Of a stretch of 20,555 bases of DNA, positions 15,398 to 20,555 are shown one piece after another; the stretch's first letter is position 1, and every line of letters begins with the position of its first letter. A model generated the notes under the pieces. It did not search any database and had not been told where the DNA came from. It saw nothing but the letters and a program-made list of their open reading frames with translations. Both the position numbers and the translations under genes were made by a program. The stretch is from a virus: IMG/VR virus record IMGVR_UViG_3300022758_000417, one strand, 5' to 3'.

Positions 15398-15416
15398 TGA
15401 ACGATGTTCATTAATT
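15398..15416 (+). promoter_or_regulatory. Palindromic operator-like site TGAACgatGTTCA followed by TTAATT (copy 2).
   Basis: See copy 1. Lies 31 nt upstream of the -35 of the consensus promoter. Confidence 0.5.
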
Positions 15417-15446
15417 GCATGATTGAGATGACAATTGGAAAATGAT

Positions 15447-15475
15447 TTGACATGAGGTGATGAAGCGTGTATAAT
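15447..15475 (+). promoter_or_regulatory. Perfect sigma70 consensus promoter, TTGACA-N17-TATAAT, reading rightwards.
   Basis: TTGACA at 15447-52, a 17-nt spacer, TATAAT at 15470-75, with TG immediately upstream of the -10. It is followed by GGG, so 15469-15478 (GTATAATGGG) equals the contig's terminal 10-mer. The promoter fires towards the inverted-repeat junction at 15519. Confidence 0.7.
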
Positions 15476-15518
15476 GGGGCTACAAAATCCACACGACAGA
15501 TGAATATGGGGGGAAAGA

Positions 15519-16321
15519 GGGTGTGGGTGGTCACGCCCGCCATGTTGTACTTCGTGGACTGGTACTGGAACAGGTCGGACATGTACTGGAACTGCGTGGC
15601 GATGTCGACGGCGTTGTCCTTGCCGATTGCGGGAATCTCCACCGAGCCGATGTAGCCGTTGAGGAGGCACTTGGCCAGGAAGTAGCGCATGACGTAGTAC
15701 TCGTCCGTGTTGGCGCTGGTGTAGAGAGACTCGATGATGCGCGCGATCAGGTCGCTAACGCCCGTCCAGGACAGGAACGCCTGGCGCAGCTGCTGGGAGG
15801 AGACGGTCGTCTTGTAGAACTTCTGGAAGTTCATACGGTGGAACGCGGTGCGCACGTCGGGAAGCTCGCGCTTGGCGAACGTGTCCTCCGCGCCCTCGGG
15901 GTAGAAGCCGTGAACGTCGGCGAGGTTGACGAAGATTTCCTCGATCGTGTCCCCGAACTCGAGGTACCCGCGCTTGAACACCGCCCAGGGGTTGCGGTAC
16001 AGCTTCGATGTCACGATGGTGAGGCCGATGCGGTTCACCAGCGCGTTGAGGAACGCGTTTCGCGCGGGCTGGTAGCTGGTCAGGTACTCCCCCGATGGCA
16101 TGGATCTCGTCGGTGGTTCCGGCAAGCTCCACGTAGGCGCGGTTGTTCGAGTCGTAAGTCGCCGGGATCCCGCGAGCCGCGAGCGCGGCCGCTACCTCCG
16201 GGGTCTCGTTGATGGTCGCTTCGACCGCCTTCTGCGCGGCCGTCTCGCGCGCTGCCGTATCGCCGGCCTTCATGACGATCGGCGAATCGGCGGCTTTCAT
16301 ATTAGGTTGCTTCACTGCCAT
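15519..16321 (-). pseudogene. Truncated, frameshifted copy of the capsid gene in the right repeat arm.
   Basis: Minus-strand translation is identical to capsid residues 1-77. A C5 run at 16089-16093 (G4 at 4463-4466 in the left copy) then shifts the frame. The copy ends at the junction, corresponding to capsid codon ~268. Confidence 0.85.
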
Positions 16322-16330
16322 AATATCTCC

Positions 16331-16687
16331 TTAATCCCAGATCTCGTCGGCTGAGCGGATCGGCTCGCGCCGAACTTCCTCGCCTACCTCGTTCGCATGG
16401 AGCAGCGTCTGGCCTTCGACGGCGAAGAACCGGTCGGCGTACTTGCGGCGCGACTCGTCGCGCTCCTCGCGGTAGCGGTCGCGCTCGGCGATCGCCTCGT
16501 CTCGCTCCGCGTTCAGGCGGTCGCGCTCCGCGTCCCACTCCTCGCGCTCGTTTCGCCAGCCCTCGCGCTCGTCCCAGCGGTCGTCGAGTTCCGCCGCGTC
16601 CTCGTCGATTCGCGCGGCCATCTCGAGCCGCTTGTCCTCGTCCGGCTCCATGGCCAGCTCGCGCAAGCTCGGTTGGTACCTGCTCAT
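16331..16687 (-). CDS. Scaffolding protein, second copy in the repeat.
   Basis: Identical translation to 3869..4225. Confidence 0.7.
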   Translation of the reverse strand: MSRYQPSLRELAMEPDEDKRLEMAARIDEDAAELDDRWDEREGWRNEREEWDAERDRLNAERDEAIAERDRYREERDESRRKYADRFFAVEGQTLLHANEVGEEVRREPIRSADEIWD

Positions 16688-18372
16688 AAGCCTGTCTCCT
16701 TTCTGATGACAAAATCACCTTCGTATAGTATAATACCGCCTTTTACGGTCTTGGAATAGAGTTTTCCCGGAAATTTCGCGCCGACATGGAAATTGTCCCA
16801 CGTGACGTGAGGATGGCACGATTCTGGCAGCCCCGCGCAATGCACGGTGAGCTTGCCGCCCTCGTCCTCGATATAGGTCTTCGGGCGCAGGAACCTGGCG
16901 CGCTGAAACGTGCTTTCGAGCTTCCACGCGCCCAATCTGTAATCGTCCACGTCAAGCTCTTCCGGGATCTCGGTTCCGGTCAAGTGGAGCGAATCGGTGT
17001 CGGCGTAGAGGAAACGATCCTTCACCTTCTGGGCTGAGCGTATCGTCTTGTTCCTCGCCCATGCCGTGATGAAAGCCCCGGCGGGAAGGTACATTCCTTC
17101 TGTCTGCTCCGGGTCGAGCAGCGGGTAGCGCACTATGCCGTCCTCGCACATGACCGGCCGGCGGCTCCGTTTGACCGGATGCGTCGCCATCTTGCCGTAC
17201 GAGGAGTTCATCTTGAGCTTCGCCATGTACCGCTTGCCCGCGTTGCCCTCCTCGGCCGCATGCACCTTATCCTCGTTGGCCGCCATTATGAAATCGTAGA
17301 ATAGCTTGTTCGATGCCTTGAACTTCCAGCCCTTGCCGTAGCGGATGGAATAGATGTTGTAGTGGTCTTTCAAAAGCGCCAAGTCGACGCTCGTCAATAC
17401 CAGCGTCTGCTCTCCTTTGGAATCGACTACGTATTCGGTCGGCATGAAGCTCAAATTGCCTTTGAGCTGCAAGCAAGGGATGAAACCGGGCTTGAGCTTG
17501 AAGTCGACGGTCACGGTCTGTATGTAGAGCGGGTATCGAGGATCCGGGACGTACTCCCCTTCGAAGAGCATCGGATCGCCGTACGGCAGTATCTCGCCTT
17601 CGACTCCGGCCATGACGGAAGGGTAGAGGCTGTTAACGTCCAGGACGATACCCTCCCCGATGTCGCGCCCTTTGAAATCGGGGTTGACGTAGGTGAAGCC
17701 GCCCTTGTAGCACGGGCGTATCTCAGCGTCGTAGTCGCACACTGGAAACGTCCGTCTGAACCCCTTCTCGCCTCCTATCGTCTTCTTGTACTCGGCGATG
17801 GCGTTCGATCCCGCCGTGATCCTGGTCGCGCCCTGGTCGATCAGCTCGCCCAAGGCGCGCGCCACGATCCTGACATCTGCCGATATGTAGTCTATCTCCT
17901 GCTGCGTGAGAACGTGATCGGGATCGCGATGCTCCGTGTAGTCTATCTCGAGCTTCGCGTCCTCTTCCTCGAAGCCGAACGCGCGCGGAATCTTCGCGAC
18001 CGGCAAGCTGATGATCTTCAGCGAATCGCAGAATTCGATATAATGCCCTCTGCTGAAATAGAGCTTGATGGTGTAGAACTGGTTCATGTCGCTGATCAGC
18101 GTCGTGAACCGGTAGGGCGCTTGCTCTCCGTGGCTGGGAATCCATTCCCATCCCGCGTCGAGCAGATGCGATATGATGAACTTCCCGTCGAATTTCAGGT
18201 TGTGGAAGTACACGCGAGCGTCCAGGGCGCGCTCGCACCATTCCACGAACCCTTCGATGGAGGTTCCGGTCGTTATATCGTAGGTTTTCAAGGTGCAAGC
18301 AGCCCACGCCCAAACTCGCGTTCGGGTCAGGTCGTCTGCCGTCGTTTCGAAATCAGCCGTGAAGCACTGCAT
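16684..18372 (-). CDS. Protein-primed family-B DNA polymerase, second copy.
   Basis: Identical translation to 2184..3872. Confidence 0.9.
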   Translation of the reverse strand: MQCFTADFETTADDLTRTRVWAWAACTLKTYDITTGTSIEGFVEWCERALDARVYFHNLKFDGKFIISHLLDAGWEWIPSHGEQAPYRFTTLISDMNQFYTIKLYFSRGHYIEFCDSLKIISLPVAKIPRAFGFEEEDAKLEIDYTEHRDPDHVLTQQEIDYISADVRIVARALGELIDQGATRITAGSNAIAEYKKTIGGEKGFRRTFPVCDYDAEIRPCYKGGFTYVNPDFKGRDIGEGIVLDVNSLYPSVMAGVEGEILPYGDPMLFEGEYVPDPRYPLYIQTVTVDFKLKPGFIPCLQLKGNLSFMPTEYVVDSKGEQTLVLTSVDLALLKDHYNIYSIRYGKGWKFKASNKLFYDFIMAANEDKVHAAEEGNAGKRYMAKLKMNSSYGKMATHPVKRSRRPVMCEDGIVRYPLLDPEQTEGMYLPAGAFITAWARNKTIRSAQKVKDRFLYADTDSLHLTGTEIPEELDVDDYRLGAWKLESTFQRARFLRPKTYIEDEGGKLTVHCAGLPESCHPHVTWDNFHVGAKFPGKLYSKTVKGGIILYEGDFVIRKETGL

Positions 18373-18373
18373 A

Positions 18374-19114
18374 TCATAGCTCAGCCCATCTGTCGAGGAT
18401 GTAGCCCATCTTGTCGGCGCGGTCTTCCGGCGCATAGATGTACTCGATGTTCAGAAGCTCGTCTCCGGACTCGAAGAACTCCATGAGCTTGCCCGCATTG
18501 GACTTCATCATGGATTCGATCTTCCTCGCGATCTGAGCTATAGCCGCATCGAACTCGGAGTAGCCGCCGAACACCGTGTCGAGGCCTTTGATATAGTTCT
18601 CGTAGTACCGGTTCAGCCTTTCGTAGGAACTCGTGGCGCTCAGCTCCTCGTAACGTTTGATGAAACGCTTGAGGGCGATGGGAGAGAAGTCTCGCGCGGT
18701 GCGCTTGTCGGGAAGCAGGTTGTTCTGCTGCAACGTTCCCATGCGCCCCAGGGTCTGGCCGTAGTCGATCCCCAGCTTCTTGCGCCTGAGCGACTTGCGC
18801 CGCTCGTTGACGGCTTTCGCGATCTGGAACTCCCGCACTTCGTAGCGCGTGGCGATCCCTCCCTCTCCGACGTTCGTCAAGTCCAAGGCTCCTTTGCGCG
18901 TAGCGCGCAGCAAGCGCGCGACCGTGTTGTTAAGCACGCGCGCGCTCTTGATCTCGGCTTTGACTTCCTTGTAGCTTACCGGCTCGGGCATGAACTGGGC
19001 GTTGGCGGGATTCGCCCGCATAGCCCGTCGAATGGCGTTGTTGTACTTTCGGACTGCGGAGTTGAGGCGCGAACGCTGGCTTTCAGTCCATTTAATCTTA
19101 GGTTCTCTCTGCAT
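18374..19114 (-). CDS. Terminal protein, second copy.
   Basis: Identical translation to 1442..2182. Confidence 0.75.
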   Translation of the reverse strand: MQREPKIKWTESQRSRLNSAVRKYNNAIRRAMRANPANAQFMPEPVSYKEVKAEIKSARVLNNTVARLLRATRKGALDLTNVGEGGIATRYEVREFQIAKAVNERRKSLRRKKLGIDYGQTLGRMGTLQQNNLLPDKRTARDFSPIALKRFIKRYEELSATSSYERLNRYYENYIKGLDTVFGGYSEFDAAIAQIARKIESMMKSNAGKLMEFFESGDELLNIEYIYAPEDRADKMGYILDRWAEL

Positions 19115-19380
19115 GTCAGCTCCTCACCGTTTTCCAATCTGACGTAGCACCCCCTGGTCTCCACCGTGAAGTACAGTTGGAACGCGGCGACCAGCTGCAT
19201 GTTGACGTAGAAGTGGAAACGCTTTTCCATGCTGTCGTCCAACCATTGCGTTCGAACGCAGATCTTGTCCATGAAACTGGAAAGATGCTTCCTAGACGAG
19301 AAGAAGAACGTACAATCGCCGTACATAAAAGAGTAAGGCGATTCCTTCAGCTCGTAGAAAACGCCGTTTTTCGAAGGCAT
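18976..19380 (-). CDS. p4-like transcriptional regulator, second copy.
   Basis: Identical translation to 1176..1580. Confidence 0.7.
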   Translation of the reverse strand: MPSKNGVFYELKESPYSFMYGDCTFFFSSRKHLSSFMDKICVRTQWLDDSMEKRFHFYVNMQLVAAFQLYFTVETRGCYVRLENGEELTCRENLRLNGLKASVRASTPQSESTTTPFDGLCGRIPPTPSSCPSR

Positions 19381-19393
19381 GGCGCACCTCCTT

Positions 19394-19702
19394 TCAATAA
19401 CGGTATTTGATATGCTTGGAAACCGTTTTCAACGCTTGCGAATGCATAACGAAGACGAGTCCGATATAATCGTCTATGACGTGGCGGCGCACAAGCTCTC
19501 GCAGGTCGTTTATGTCGTCCCGCTTCATATCGAACTTGTCGTCCTTGGTGAACATGTATTCGATGCGCCCGTTACGATGGCGCTTGAAAACGGCCACGCC
19601 TTGCGGGACGACGGCATGCGCCCATAGCTCTTTCTTCAACACCCTGTTCGACGAGTCCGCTACGAACTGCTCCATCAAATCCTTGTCTGCAAGCGACAAC
19701 AT
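19394..19702 (-). CDS. Hypothetical early protein, second copy.
   Basis: Identical translation to 854..1162. Confidence 0.6.
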   Translation of the reverse strand: MLSLADKDLMEQFVADSSNRVLKKELWAHAVVPQGVAVFKRHRNGRIEYMFTKDDKFDMKRDDINDLRELVRRHVIDDYIGLVFVMHSQALKTVSKHIKYRY

Positions 19703-19714
19703 GGCTTCCTCCTG

Positions 19715-19740
19715 AAAAAGGCCGCACGCTGAGTGCGGCC
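19715..19740 (-). terminator. Rho-independent terminator, second copy.
   Basis: Mirror image of 816..841. Confidence 0.7.
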
Positions 19741-19754
19741 TGCGATTGCGAACT

Positions 19755-20216
19755 TTAAGCGACTTCGAGGGTGAGCATCGTGCCGCGCTTGACCTTCACC
19801 TGCTTGACGACCACGTTGATAGGCTCCTCGTAGGTTGGCGCGCCGTAGACGGCGAACATCTTCTTGAGCGAACCCCACACGCCGTTCGACACGCACTGGT
19901 AGCTCTCGCCCTTGTCGTCGATGAGGACGATGCGCGGGGCTTGCTCCACGGTGCCGTCCTCGTCTGCGATTTCGATGATCTCGACGAACAGGTCTTTCAG
20001 CGCGATCTGCTTGTTGATGAAGTCGTCGATCTTGTGCGTCGGGTTGTTGGACGCGTTGTAGATCAGCTTCTTGGCATCCGCTCCAAGTTCCGGGTTCACC
20101 GAGCAGAACGTGTTGTCCTCGGGCTTGGCAAGCTCGGCGATGGCGTACGTGCGGGCAGGTGCGAGGTCGTTGACGGGCATTTCCTCGGCGATGGCGATGT
20201 CTTTGTTCTCAGTCAT
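19755..20216 (-). CDS. p5-like SSB, second copy.
   Basis: Identical translation to 340..801. Confidence 0.55.
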   Translation of the reverse strand: MTENKDIAIAEEMPVNDLAPARTYAIAELAKPEDNTFCSVNPELGADAKKLIYNASNNPTHKIDDFINKQIALKDLFVEIIEIADEDGTVEQAPRIVLIDDKGESYQCVSNGVWGSLKKMFAVYGAPTYEEPINVVVKQVKVKRGTMLTLEVA

Positions 20217-20241
20217 GGTTTTCTCCTTCTAGTCAGATGGT

Positions 20242-20505
20242 TTAAGCGTCGATGACGGTCGCGTTCTCAAGGAACGTTTCCACGGGCATGGAATAGGTCT
20301 TCTCCTCGCCTTCGACCCACTTGATCGTGCAGCCCTTGGGCAGCGCCACGCCGGCATCGCGGAAGGCGATACGGGCTTTGCGGGCGTTCATGTTGGTGTC
20401 CAGCACGACGTACTGGGCGACAGCGCGCACGCTGGGCGGGATTGAATCATCCAGTTCGTACGCGGTCAGCTCGAAACTCTTGAAAGTGCGGGTGATAGCA
20501 GCCAT
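20242..20505 (-). CDS. First early gene (p6-like?), second copy.
   Basis: Identical translation to 51..314. Confidence 0.5.
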   Translation of the reverse strand: MAAITRTFKSFELTAYELDDSIPPSVRAVAQYVVLDTNMNARKARIAFRDAGVALPKGCTIKWVEGEEKTYSMPVETFLENATVIDA

Positions 20506-20555
20506 AATGTAATCTCCTTTGATCGGTCGGCTTGCTTTGACGAATCCCATTATAC

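Larger units (their letters stand above)
15519..20555. repeat. Right arm of the inverted repeat, a reverse-complement copy of 1..5036 with one extra base in a homopolymer.
   Basis: Mirror-image ORF set on the minus strand. The junction is at gggtgtgggtggtcacg (15519). The left copy has cggtgtgggtgg at the equivalent point. Confidence 0.9.

Noticed and set aside
15467-15655. + strand 62-aa ORF just downstream of the consensus promoter.
   Set aside because: Apart from its first few codons it is antisense to the duplicated capsid fragment. No RBS. Any transcript here is more likely non-coding antisense.
20531-20555. The idea that the contig is a linearised circle whose end-to-start junction (cccattatac|gtataatggg) recreates a promoter for gene 1.
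   Set aside because: The sequence upstream of the junction gives no acceptable -35 at 16-18 nt spacing. TTGACG at 20537-42 is only 14 nt from the -10. A zero-loop perfect palindrome would also be unclonable and unstable.
1-20555. CRISPR arrays, integrase or attachment sites, and transposase or IS elements.
   Set aside because: No short regularly spaced direct repeats were seen. No tyrosine- or serine-recombinase-like ORF and no transposase motifs. This fits a strictly lytic protein-primed phage.

Overview
This 20.5-kb window looks like a whole linear phage replicon, not a bacterial chromosome segment. It is a phi29-like podophage with protein-primed replication, in an unusually GC-rich background (about 60% by eye, with AAGGAGG-type ribosome-binding sites). 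Nearly all genes are on the + strand. An early operon is followed directly by a late (structural) block, the lysis genes, the packaging ATPase and a tail-associated hydrolase.

Early operon, 51..3872:
- a possible p6-like DNA-binding protein
- a p5-like SSB
- a small unknown protein
- a phi29 p4-like regulator
- the terminal protein
- a family-B DNA polymerase with the TPR1/TPR2 insertions typical of protein-primed enzymes

Late block, 3869..11403:
- a scaffold protein
- a major capsid protein with a C-terminal BIG2 Ig-like domain
- a gp9-like tail knob
- a gp10-like connector
- a lower collar candidate
- an SGNH-hydrolase tail fibre

Remaining genes:
- a holin-like gene and a GH25 endolysin (11416..12262)
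- a gp16-like packaging ATPase (12464..13475)
- a two-domain NlpC/P60 tail hydrolase (13806..14978)
- an AT-rich right-hand region (14980..15518) with tiny membrane-peptide ORFs, two copies of a palindromic operator-like motif and a perfect sigma70 consensus promoter

The most striking feature is a perfect inverted duplication of about 5.0 kb. Bases 1..5036 reappear reverse-complemented at 15519..20555. The right copy ends inside the capsid gene. It also carries one extra base in a G-run, which frameshifts the capsid remnant. The two copies are otherwise identical through every ORF translation.

Other oddities:
- The packaging ATPase is split across two frames at a T6 run.
- An AT-rich 82-aa gene sits between 19-22 bp direct repeats, together with a duplicated 66-nt piece of the downstream gene.
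- A 202-nt structured non-coding gap lies just upstream of the ATPase and may encode a pRNA.
- The terminal 10-mer GTATAATGGG recurs inside the consensus promoter, 40 nt from the inverted-repeat junction.

All homology statements rest on my recollection of phi29 protein sequences and known motifs. I ran no database search. I saw no tRNA, CRISPR array or integrase.
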